Source: an uncultured Spirochaetota bacterium (GTDB taxonomy: Bacteria; Spirochaetota; Brevinematia; Brevinematales; JAOACQ01). Taken from it: DNA of 64,000 bases. A program made the position numbers and the translations under genes. Position 1 is the stretch's first letter. The number at the start of each line of letters is the position of its first letter. The stretch is taken from positions 192,001 through 256,000 of the forward strand of contig CAWIGG010000002.1 of assembly GCA_963835575.1 (NCBI GenBank), written 5' to 3'. Shown one piece after another: positions 9,895 to 18,563 of this stretch. A model generated the notes under the pieces. It was not told the DNA's origin and ran no database searches. It worked only from the letters and a program-made list of their open reading frames with translations.

Positions 9895-11736
9895 ATGATA
9901 AAGAGAAACAAAGTGAAACTAATTTTATTAGGTTTAGGTGCAATGTTTTTTGTTCTCCAGTTTTCTACCTGCTCATTACAGTCTAATCAGGAAACTGGAC
10001 AGCAAAACAATACGACGGCTGTCAATACACAGAAAGCCACGGTTTCCAGCGTCGGGCGTCTGACAGGCGTCAACTGGTTCGGATTTGAAACCGGAAACTT
10101 CTGTCCCCATGGTCTCTGGTCCAGAGACTATAAATCCATGTTGAAGCAGATCAAAGACCTCGGTTTTAACTGTATTCGTATGCCCTGGTGCAACGATATG
10201 CTGTCGGCAACTCCCAACAGCATACAGATCAACGCTTCAGGCGTGGACGCGTACACAGGTCAGACCGGCCTGAACATGGACCTGGCCGGACTTTCTTCAA
10301 TCCAGGTAATGGACAAGGTAATCGATGAGGCAACCAGGGTCGACGGTATAAAGATCATCCTGGACAACCATTCAAAGACACATGACAACTATAATAATGA
10401 AACATTATGGTACACATCATCCTGTTCGGAAAGCCAGGGTATTTCGGATTGGCTTACTCTAATCAACCGTTATAAGAATAACGCGTATGTTTGCGGGGCC
10501 GATCTGAAGAACAAGCCTCATGGCAATATGACTACAGGTATGAGACCGCCTGCGACCTGGGGTTATGATGAACCCGGTCAGGGAACGACAGACTGGAAAG
10601 CGGCCGCCGAAAGGATCGGTACCGCCATCCTTAACGCCAATCCCAATATGATCATCATCGTGGAAGGCGTGGAATGCTATTACAATTATCCTACGGATAC
10701 TGTTACCAACTTCTTCTGGTGGGGCGGCGAATTATCAGGTGTTGCAGACCATCCTATCACTGCTATTCCTTCTGCCCAGCTGATGTATTCTGTTCATGAG
10801 TACGGTCCCGAAGTCTATAATCAGTCCTGGTTCCAGGATTCCACATTCCCGAACAATATGCCTGCCATCTGGGACAAACATTACTATTTTATTAAAAAGA
10901 ATGGCATAGGCTCTCTGTTCTTCGGTGAATTCGGCATAACGGAATCCGCAGTAGAAGCCGGCGGAGTGGCAGCCACATGGTATAAGAACTTTATGGCATA
11001 TATCGGAACCGCCAACAGCTGGACATTCTGGTGCATCAACCCGGATTCCGGCGACACCGGCGGTATATTACAGAACAACTGGGTTACTGTAGAGCCGTCT
11101 AAATACGCGGTTTTGAAACCCTATCTGGCCGCTCAATTCTCGCCTCTCGGCGGAGCAAGTTCATCTTCATCCTCTACTGTATCTTCAGTTGCTGCGAGTT
11201 CGAGCCGGGCAGCATCCTCAGTGGCAGTCAGTTCGAGCAGATCGAGCGCAGCTTCTTCAGTCGCTGCAAGCTCCAGCCGGGCCGCATCCAGCGTTGCTTC
11301 ATCTATAGCCGCTAGTTCACGGTCCAGTGTTGCTTCTTCTGCAGCGGTTAGTTCGAGCCGGTCGAGCGCCGCATCCAGCGCCGCGGCTTCCAGTACTGCC
11401 GCTTCATCAGGCGGCGGATATGCTGTTAATTATACGGTTAATAATGACTGGGGCGCAGGCGCCACATGCACGGTGACCGTTAAGAACAACAGCGCTACGG
11501 CTGTAAATGGATGGTCCTTAGTATGGACTTACGCTGGCAATCAGACGCTGACGCAGATTTGGAACGCCACATATACCGCAAGCGGAGAGACCATTACCGT
11601 CACAAACGCAAGCTTTAACAATGTCATAAGCGTAAACGGCGGGACGCAGAGCTTCGGCTTCAATCTGAGCTACAGCGGGTCCAATGCAAAACCGGCTTCG
11701 TTCACTTTGAACGGAACGGCTTGCACAACATACTAA
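9895..11736 (+). CDS. Lipoprotein GH5 (subfamily 1-like) endoglucanase-CBM2 with catalytic acid/base Glu replaced by Lys
   Basis: GVNWFGFET, HEYGP, FGEFG and WCINPDSGDTGG motifs. DLKNKPH stands where paralogs 35644 and 37514 have DLKNEPH. Confidence 0.88.
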   Translation: MIKRNKVKLILLGLGAMFFVLQFSTCSLQSNQETGQQNNTTAVNTQKATVSSVGRLTGVNWFGFETGNFCPHGLWSRDYKSMLKQIKDLGFNCIRMPWCNDMLSATPNSIQINASGVDAYTGQTGLNMDLAGLSSIQVMDKVIDEATRVDGIKIILDNHSKTHDNYNNETLWYTSSCSESQGISDWLTLINRYKNNAYVCGADLKNKPHGNMTTGMRPPATWGYDEPGQGTTDWKAAAERIGTAILNANPNMIIIVEGVECYYNYPTDTVTNFFWWGGELSGVADHPITAIPSAQLMYSVHEYGPEVYNQSWFQDSTFPNNMPAIWDKHYYFIKKNGIGSLFFGEFGITESAVEAGGVAATWYKNFMAYIGTANSWTFWCINPDSGDTGGILQNNWVTVEPSKYAVLKPYLAAQFSPLGGASSSSSSTVSSVAASSSRAASSVAVSSSRSSAASSVAASSSRAASSVASSIAASSRSSVASSAAVSSSRSSAASSAAASSTAASSGGGYAVNYTVNNDWGAGATCTVTVKNNSATAVNGWSLVWTYAGNQTLTQIWNATYTASGETITVTNASFNNVISVNGGTQSFGFNLSYSGSNAKPASFTLNGTACTTY

Positions 11737-11809
11737 GGCGAATAAATAGCGAGATATTTTAAGAAGCTCTCAATTAGGGAGTGGAACCATAAAAACCAAT
11801 CTCCATGTT

Positions 11810-11848
11810 ATATCCCCCCTCCCTTATCAGGGTGGGGGGATATTTTTT
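11810..11848 (+). terminator. Rho-independent terminator
   Basis: ATATCCCCCCTCCC-TTATC-AGGGTGGGGGGATAT followed by a T run; homologous to 46058-46095. Confidence 0.75.
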
Positions 11849-12169
11849 ACAGAGAAAGCGTTTTAAAAAATAAAGGAGGATAAAAACCTGACTAAGGTTT
11901 TAAGTAATAACAGAAAAATAAGGTTTATGATAAAAAATTATATTTTATAAAAAAGAAAGGGTTTTGAATCAAGAAAGGATATAATAAAAATATTTTATGG
12001 TATTGAAAGCATATCTTTTTTCACTCAGTCCTTTCCTTTAAGGCTTTATTACCCTTTTATTATTAATCTTTAACGATAAGAACGGGATGCGTTATTATGT
12101 TTTTATAATATTTTTTTAGTAAAATAATGGTATTGAGGTTAAAGTAGTACAAATATTTTAAAAAGGAGT

Positions 12170-13990
12170 GTGAAAGTTATGAAGAGAATTCTTTCGGCAG
12201 TTATTTTACTCATTGCCGCCGTATCCTGTTCGGTTTTGGATAACGGCAGTAATTCAGTAAATAGCGGGCAGAATCAGACTGGAAATACTGTAAAAGCGGC
12301 GCCGGCCGGGTTTGTTTACGCGCAGGGCACGCAGTTCATGATCGACGGAAAGCCTTTCTATTTCGCCGGCTGTAACGCCTACAGCATCTTTACCGTCGGA
12401 GAGGACTGGATGACCAATTCAACCAACGATATTGAAAACTACGCGATCGGCAAGACAAACATTGATACCTTTATGAGCAACATGGCGGTCATCGGCGTCA
12501 AGGTCTTGAGGACCTGGGGCTTCGATCACCAGGCCTGGATGGGATATGAACCCGCGAATGGTGTATATAATGAAGCGCAGTTCATGAAATTCGACTATAT
12601 CCTGCAGTCAGCCCAGAAATACGGCATCAAGGTGATCATTGTACTGGAGAATTATTGGGCGGATTATGGCGGTATAGATGCGGTACTGCAATGGTTTGGC
12701 CTTCCTTCAGGGGATTATGCGTCCAGGGTAGCATTTTTTACAAATGCGAGCTGCATTCAGTCTTATAAAAATTATGTCCAGCACTGGTTAACCAGGCTCA
12801 ACCATTACACATTGAAGACTTACAGCGCCGATCCCGCAATATTTTCCTGGGAATTGATGAACAAACCGAGAGGCCCGAATGGGGATAGTACCGGTACCAT
12901 ATTGAGGGCCTGGGTTGATCAAATGGGTTCGTATATCAAGAGCCTGGATCCGAACCATATGGTCAGCGCCGGTTTAGAGGGTCATGGAACAAAATACGGC
13001 TTCGGAGGCGATGAAGGCAACCCGTTTGTTTACATACATCAATCGCCTTATATTGATTTCTGCACGGCCCATCCTTATCCCGATGAAAGCTGGGCAAACC
13101 TTACTACAAACCAGGCTGCGGCATTGGTCGATGCATGGATTGCCGACGCGCATGGCGTCGTCGGAAAGCCTTTTGTAATGGAGGAGTTTAATACTCATAA
13201 CAATAAACAAGCCTACTGGACGGCCATGTATACGGAAATTGAAAATAAAAACGCCGCAGGGGACTGCTTCTGGAATTTTAATCTTTCTTCGACAAGCGAT
13301 TTCGATATGCTTCCCGGGGATGCAGTTTTGACAGGTGTATTTATGCCCCATGCCGCTAAAATGGCCTCCAAAAGCGGACCAGTCGGTTCTTCCAGCAGCG
13401 CGGTATCCTCAGTTGCTGTGAGTTCCAGCCGCTCCAGTACTGTTTCATCAGCTGCGGTAAGTTCGAGCCTGTCGAGCGCAGCTTCATCAACGGCAGTCAG
13501 TTCGAGCAGATCAAGCGCGGCTTCATCAACAGCGGCAAGCTCCAGCAGATCGAGCGCAGCATCCTCTGTAGCAGTCAGCTCGAGCCGATCCAGTGTTGCG
13601 TCTTCAGTAGCAGTTTCCAGTGTTGCATCTTCAGTTGCTGTTTCCAGCGCAGCTTCTTCAGTCAGCGGCGGATATGCGGTTAATTACACCGTCAATAATG
13701 ACTGGGGCGCGGGCGCTACATGCACGGTGACCATTAAGAACAATTCCGCTACAGCCCTCAGCAGCTGGTCTCTTGTCTGGACTTTTGCAGGCAACCAGGC
13801 TATAACCCAGATATGGAGCGCCAGTCAGACTACCAGCGGTGAAATAGTGACTGCCGTGAATTTAAGCTACAATGGCACGATCGGCGCGAACGGCGGGACG
13901 CAGAGCTTCGGTTTTAATCTGAGCTACAGCGGTTCGAACGCAAAACCAACGTCGTTCACTTTGAATGGAACGGCATGCACACTTTATTAA
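12170..13990 (+). CDS. Lipoprotein GH5 (subfamily 7-like) mannanase-CBM2 with catalytic acid/base Glu replaced by Lys
   Basis: KPFYFAGCNAY, VLRTWGF, NYWADYGG, HPYPD and KPFVMEEF motifs; WELMNKPR instead of WELxNEPR. ATG at 12179 is the better-spaced start. Confidence 0.86.
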   Translation: MKVMKRILSAVILLIAAVSCSVLDNGSNSVNSGQNQTGNTVKAAPAGFVYAQGTQFMIDGKPFYFAGCNAYSIFTVGEDWMTNSTNDIENYAIGKTNIDTFMSNMAVIGVKVLRTWGFDHQAWMGYEPANGVYNEAQFMKFDYILQSAQKYGIKVIIVLENYWADYGGIDAVLQWFGLPSGDYASRVAFFTNASCIQSYKNYVQHWLTRLNHYTLKTYSADPAIFSWELMNKPRGPNGDSTGTILRAWVDQMGSYIKSLDPNHMVSAGLEGHGTKYGFGGDEGNPFVYIHQSPYIDFCTAHPYPDESWANLTTNQAAALVDAWIADAHGVVGKPFVMEEFNTHNNKQAYWTAMYTEIENKNAAGDCFWNFNLSSTSDFDMLPGDAVLTGVFMPHAAKMASKSGPVGSSSSAVSSVAVSSSRSSTVSSAAVSSSLSSAASSTAVSSSRSSAASSTAASSSRSSAASSVAVSSSRSSVASSVAVSSVASSVAVSSAASSVSGGYAVNYTVNNDWGAGATCTVTIKNNSATALSSWSLVWTFAGNQAITQIWSASQTTSGEIVTAVNLSYNGTIGANGGTQSFGFNLSYSGSNAKPTSFTLNGTACTLY

Positions 13991-14104
13991 AAAATGTTGA
14001 GAGCGGCCCTGATATTTAGGAATGAATAAGATAGTTAAAAATCCTCCCTCATTTATTTGAGGGAGGAACGCTTTTATCTTAAGAAAATTTTTGAGGAGAG
14101 TTTT

Positions 14105-16921
14105 ATGAAGAAGGTCTTTGCAATGGTTTTAGTGATAATGGCATACCTGATTATAACAGCTTGTCAGGTAATGGTTTTCAATCATGATGAGACTATTCAT
14201 GATAGAATAGGGAGCAAGGCCCTCCTTTCCAACGGAATTCCAACCGTGGCATGGGTTAAGGATATTAATGCGGGAGGCTATATCGACGGCGCGTCCATCG
14301 GCGGTTTCGGCGCGGGCACGATCACTCTTCGCTTTGATGGAAATTTTTACAGAGGAAGGCTGAATATCAGCGAGAGTAATATGACTGTCGATACAAGCTG
14401 TAACTTTTATATATACCAGAAGCCGTCCGGGCAGAGCGCCGTATTTAAAAAGCTTAACGCTGCGACTCTTGGTTCGGGCCAGGCAAATTATTATTCTCTC
14501 TTTCCGGTTTCCTGGGTTGATTATTATGGAAGCGCATTCACGGCCAAAGTCAAAGTTAAGCAGTTCAGTCCGATCATTCCCGGCGACTACCAGAGAACAA
14601 GCTATCCGGTGGGCATTTATGTCTGGTCTATCTCGAATCCGACCAGTTCTCCATGCGATGTGGCCATCATGCTGACCTGGAACAATAATTTCAGCGGCAG
14701 TACGGCTGCGGCTTTTGTTTCTAATAATAATAAAGGCATCATTTTACAGAGGAGCGGCACTTCGGCCGCCGCTGAAAAGAACCAGGGAGAGTTTACCCTG
14801 GCCTCCCAGGAACAAACCGGAGTTTCCGTCACATATGAATCGGCGACAGCGGTCTCAACCCTGGAAAATGATTTCTCGACAAACGGCACTCTCAAAAATT
14901 CAACGGGCAGCCATACCAACGGCGCTGTTGCTTTCAAAGTAACGCTTGCTGCCGGTCAGTCCATAAATATTCCCATCGTCCTGGCATGGGATATTCCGAT
15001 TGTCCAGCTGGGGAACAAGTGGTACAGGGAATACACCAGGTATTTCAGCCGTTCAGGACTGAATTCCTCCGCGATTGCGAATGAGGCTCTCAATAATTAT
15101 ACGGCCTGGCAGTCGTCTGTGGACAGCTGGCAGAATAACATCATCAACAGTTCGGTATACCCGGATTGGCTGAAGACAACGCTCTTCAACGAACTCTATT
15201 ATTATTTTGTAGGCGGGACAATCTGGGAGGCCGGAGCCGCTTCGGGCCAGGCTGATAACGCAAGCGAGGATATGTTCAGTCACATGGAATGCTACGATTA
15301 CGCTTTTTACGGCACATCGGACGTCCGGTTCTACGGTTCGTGGCCTCTGGCATTGCTCTGGCCTAACCTGGATAAACAGGCCGTGAAGCAGTTCAGCGAC
15401 AGCATCTATAATAATAGAAGCGACCGCCCGGCGGCGCTGGGCACATGCGCGCATGATTTCGGGACAACAAACAATGTCTTTACAATATGGAACGCTTATA
15501 CATACAGGGATTCCACAACCTGGAAGGATCTTAATTCCAAGTTTGTCCTGATGGTTTACAGGGATTATGTCCTGACGGGCAAAAGCGACACGACATTCCT
15601 GAATTACTGCTGGACGTCCGTCAAAACGGCGATGACCAAGGTCAAGGGACAGGATACGGATTCCGACGGCCTTCCAAATTCCACTGGAATCGATCAGACT
15701 TATGATGATATGAGCCTCTCCGGCAATACGGCCTACTGCGGAAGCCTCTTCCTTGCGGCATGTCTTGCCGCCAAGCAGATCGCGCTGGCAATGGGAGATT
15801 CTTCAACCGCAAGCACCTACCAGTCCTGGTATGACCAGGGCAAGGCCAGCTTTGAATCCAAGCTCTGGAACGGTTCCTACTATAATATAGATACCGGCAG
15901 TTCGGCGACAAACAGGATCATGAGCGATCAGCTTTGCGGTGAGTGGTACGCAAAAGCGCTTGGTCTGGGTAATATTCTGGACAGTTCTCATATTTCGAGC
16001 GCTTTCACCGTGATCTATCAGAACAACTTTAAAAAATTCGACAGCGGTACGCATGGTGTGGTCAATGTCATGACAAGCAGCGGTTCGATTGACAGCACAA
16101 GCTCCCAGACACGGGAGATGTGGGTCGGGACTGCCTGGGGCGTTACGGCGGGAATGATCCAGGAGGGATTGACATCGCAGGCGTCCGAGATCGGGAACAG
16201 CCTTTACAGTACGATCTATTTGAACAATCAGCTCTATTTCAGGACGCCGGAAGCCTGGCAGTCGGGGGTCTCATCTATAAGGGCTTATTATTATATGAGA
16301 GCCAATGCCGTTTGGGCTGTCAAATACGCTTATGATAACGCCGGAACACCGGCCAGCTCATCCTCATCAATCAGTTCGAGCGTTATATCGAGTGCGGCAT
16401 CATCAACAGCTGTCAGTTCAAGTCTGTCTAGCGCTGCTTCATCAACAGCAGTAAGCTCGAGCCGCTCAAGCGTTGCATCGTCAGTTGCGGTCAGTTCGAG
16501 CAGATCGAGCGTTGCATCGTCAGTTGCAGTCAGTTCGAGCCGGGCCGCATCCAGTGCGGCTGCGAGCGTTGCTTCCAGTACAGCCGCTTCATCAGGCGGC
16601 GGTTATGCTGTTAATTATACCGTCAATAACGATTGGGGCGCGGGCGCTACATGCACAGTTACTGTAAAGAACAATAGCGCAACAGCAGTAAACGGCTGGA
16701 CCTTAGTATGGACATTCGCAGGTAATCAAACTCTGACACAGATATGGAACGCTGCATATACCGCAAGCGGAGAGACCATTACCGTCACAAACGCAAGCTT
16801 TAACAATGTCATAGGCGCGAACGGCGGGACGCAGAGCTTTGGTTTCAATTTGAGCTACAGCGGATCCAATGCAAAACCGGCTTCGTTCACTTTGAACGGA
16901 ACGGCCTGCTCAGTTTATTAA
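14105..16921 (+). CDS. Lipoprotein GH116 beta-glucosidase-like protein with linker and CBM2
   Basis: GGFGAGTI, FSPIIPGDYQRTSYP, LFNELYY, MECYDYAFYGTSDVRFY, WKDLNSKF, DQTYD, DQLCGEW and FRTPEA are GH116 motifs. GAGGAG RBS before ATG 14105; lipobox IITAC. Confidence 0.87.
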   Translation: MKKVFAMVLVIMAYLIITACQVMVFNHDETIHDRIGSKALLSNGIPTVAWVKDINAGGYIDGASIGGFGAGTITLRFDGNFYRGRLNISESNMTVDTSCNFYIYQKPSGQSAVFKKLNAATLGSGQANYYSLFPVSWVDYYGSAFTAKVKVKQFSPIIPGDYQRTSYPVGIYVWSISNPTSSPCDVAIMLTWNNNFSGSTAAAFVSNNNKGIILQRSGTSAAAEKNQGEFTLASQEQTGVSVTYESATAVSTLENDFSTNGTLKNSTGSHTNGAVAFKVTLAAGQSINIPIVLAWDIPIVQLGNKWYREYTRYFSRSGLNSSAIANEALNNYTAWQSSVDSWQNNIINSSVYPDWLKTTLFNELYYYFVGGTIWEAGAASGQADNASEDMFSHMECYDYAFYGTSDVRFYGSWPLALLWPNLDKQAVKQFSDSIYNNRSDRPAALGTCAHDFGTTNNVFTIWNAYTYRDSTTWKDLNSKFVLMVYRDYVLTGKSDTTFLNYCWTSVKTAMTKVKGQDTDSDGLPNSTGIDQTYDDMSLSGNTAYCGSLFLAACLAAKQIALAMGDSSTASTYQSWYDQGKASFESKLWNGSYYNIDTGSSATNRIMSDQLCGEWYAKALGLGNILDSSHISSAFTVIYQNNFKKFDSGTHGVVNVMTSSGSIDSTSSQTREMWVGTAWGVTAGMIQEGLTSQASEIGNSLYSTIYLNNQLYFRTPEAWQSGVSSIRAYYYMRANAVWAVKYAYDNAGTPASSSSSISSSVISSAASSTAVSSSLSSAASSTAVSSSRSSVASSVAVSSSRSSVASSVAVSSSRAASSAAASVASSTAASSGGGYAVNYTVNNDWGAGATCTVTVKNNSATAVNGWTLVWTFAGNQTLTQIWNAAYTASGETITVTNASFNNVIGANGGTQSFGFNLSYSGSNAKPASFTLNGTACSVY

Positions 16922-17034
16922 TCTTAAAAGCGGCTGAATTTACGGCAGCCGCTGAGCCTGAAGATACTTTTTATGAAAAAGAGTTTGGCTAGGGAAATTT
17001 CTTAGGTTAAAAAATTTTTATAGGAGGCAGATAT

Positions 17035-18312
17035 ATGAGACTATTTAGTAAGTTTTTTGCGGTAGCAGCAGTTTTTACTTTAATGCTTGGTTGCTCGGTC
17101 GCTCCTTCTTCGAATGAAAATCCGGTGGGAGCAATCGGCAGTACTCCGGTGAACAAAGCGACTGTCACGCTTTCGGCGCAGTATGACATTTGTTGGATCG
17201 CTTCAACGACGTCAAATTACTGTGTACAGCAGGACGTCTGGAACCCGATCAGCGGATGGGTGCAGACCATGACGGTAGATAACCAGACTGGAGACTTTAC
17301 AGTCGCATCGTGCAACGCGAACTATACAGGCGGATCGCCCATGTCTTACCCGTCTATTTACAAAGGGAACCATTACGGTACGATAACCAGAAGCAGTGGT
17401 ATGCCTATGGCGGTAAGCGCGTTAAGCAGTTTGAACTGCACATGGACAGCCACTACTATCAGTTCAGGCATCTGGGATGCCGCTTATGATGTATGGTTCG
17501 AAAACGGTACTTACTCAAGCGGTAATTACAACGGGGCCGAGCTGATGATCTGGGTTGCCCATCTTGGAGGAACCCAGCCTGTCGGTTCGCAGGTAGCGTC
17601 ATCGGTATCACTCGGCGGATCAACCTGGAATGTATGGTTTGGAAACTCAGGCTGGAATGTAATATCTTATGTGAGAACAGCTAATGGATCATCAGGCAGT
17701 TTTGATGTAAAAGCCTTTATCAATGACGCTGTAAGCAGAGGTTATATCCAGAATAGCTGGAACCTGGAAGCTGTTGAGGCGGGTTTCGAAATCTGGTCGG
17801 GCGGAGTCGGTCTGAAATCCTCCGGTTTTACAGTTTCGGTTAACGGCGGCGGCGGCACATCATCCACGCCGGCTGCCAGTTCGAGCCGTTCAAGCGCAGC
17901 TTCGAGTGTTGCATCCTCAGCTGCGGTGAGCTCCAGCCGCTCGAGTGTTGCTTCCAGCGCAGCGGCTTCCAGTACAGCTGCTTCATCAGGCGGATATGCG
18001 GTTAATTACACCGTCAACAATGACTGGGGCGCGGGCGCTACATGCACAGTTACTGTAAAGAACAATAGCGCAACAGCAGTAAACGGCTGGACCTTAGTAT
18101 GGACATTCGCGGGCAATCAGACGCTTACGCAGATCTGGAACGCTACATATACCGCAAGCGGCGCTACAGTTACCGTCAAAAACGCAAGTTATAACAATGT
18201 TATCGGCGCGAACGGTGGAACGCAGGCTTTCGGCTTCAATCTGAGCTATAGCGGTTCAAACGCCAAGCCGACAGCGTTCACTTTGAACGGTACGGCATGC
18301 TCACTTTATTAG
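17035..18312 (+). CDS. Lipoprotein GH12 endoglucanase-CBM2
   Basis: SYPSIY.G.HYG, WDAAYDVW, GAELMIW, QPVGS and AGFEIW are GH12 motifs; lipobox LMLGC. Confidence 0.9.
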   Translation: MRLFSKFFAVAAVFTLMLGCSVAPSSNENPVGAIGSTPVNKATVTLSAQYDICWIASTTSNYCVQQDVWNPISGWVQTMTVDNQTGDFTVASCNANYTGGSPMSYPSIYKGNHYGTITRSSGMPMAVSALSSLNCTWTATTISSGIWDAAYDVWFENGTYSSGNYNGAELMIWVAHLGGTQPVGSQVASSVSLGGSTWNVWFGNSGWNVISYVRTANGSSGSFDVKAFINDAVSRGYIQNSWNLEAVEAGFEIWSGGVGLKSSGFTVSVNGGGGTSSTPAASSSRSSAASSVASSAAVSSSRSSVASSAAASSTAASSGGYAVNYTVNNDWGAGATCTVTVKNNSATAVNGWTLVWTFAGNQTLTQIWNATYTASGATVTVKNASYNNVIGANGGTQAFGFNLSYSGSNAKPTAFTLNGTACSLY

Positions 18313-18385
18313 AAATTGAAGAACGGCAGTGCAATAGCCGGTTCGTTAAAGCAGAACATTGACACTGCAAAAAAATGACTGAATC

Positions 18386-18418
18386 AACCTCCCTCTAAAT
18401 CAGAGGGAGGTTTTTTTA
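18386..18418 (+). terminator. Rho-independent terminator
   Basis: AACCTCCCTCT-AAATC-AGAGGGAGGTT followed by a T run. Confidence 0.8.
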
Positions 18419-18441
18419 TGATAATTTTATAAAGTAAGAGA

Positions 18442-18513
18442 AAATCCATACTCAAGGTACTGTTAAATCCATACTCAAGGTTTGCCATATTTTAAAAAGT
18501 ATTTGTTTATAAT
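18442..18513 (+). promoter_or_regulatory. Promoter with a perfect 17-bp direct repeat at 23-bp spacing and a -10 box
   Basis: AAATCCATACTCAAGGT at 18442 and 18465; TATAAT at 18508. Confidence 0.8.
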
Positions 18514-18563
18514 ATAAATTCGTTAGTAATGTCATGGAATAATATAAATAAAGGAGGAAAAGC

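Noticed and set aside
18442..18481. Direct repeats as a CRISPR array
   Set aside because: Only 2-3 units with ~6-nt spacers at fixed promoter positions, and no cas genes.
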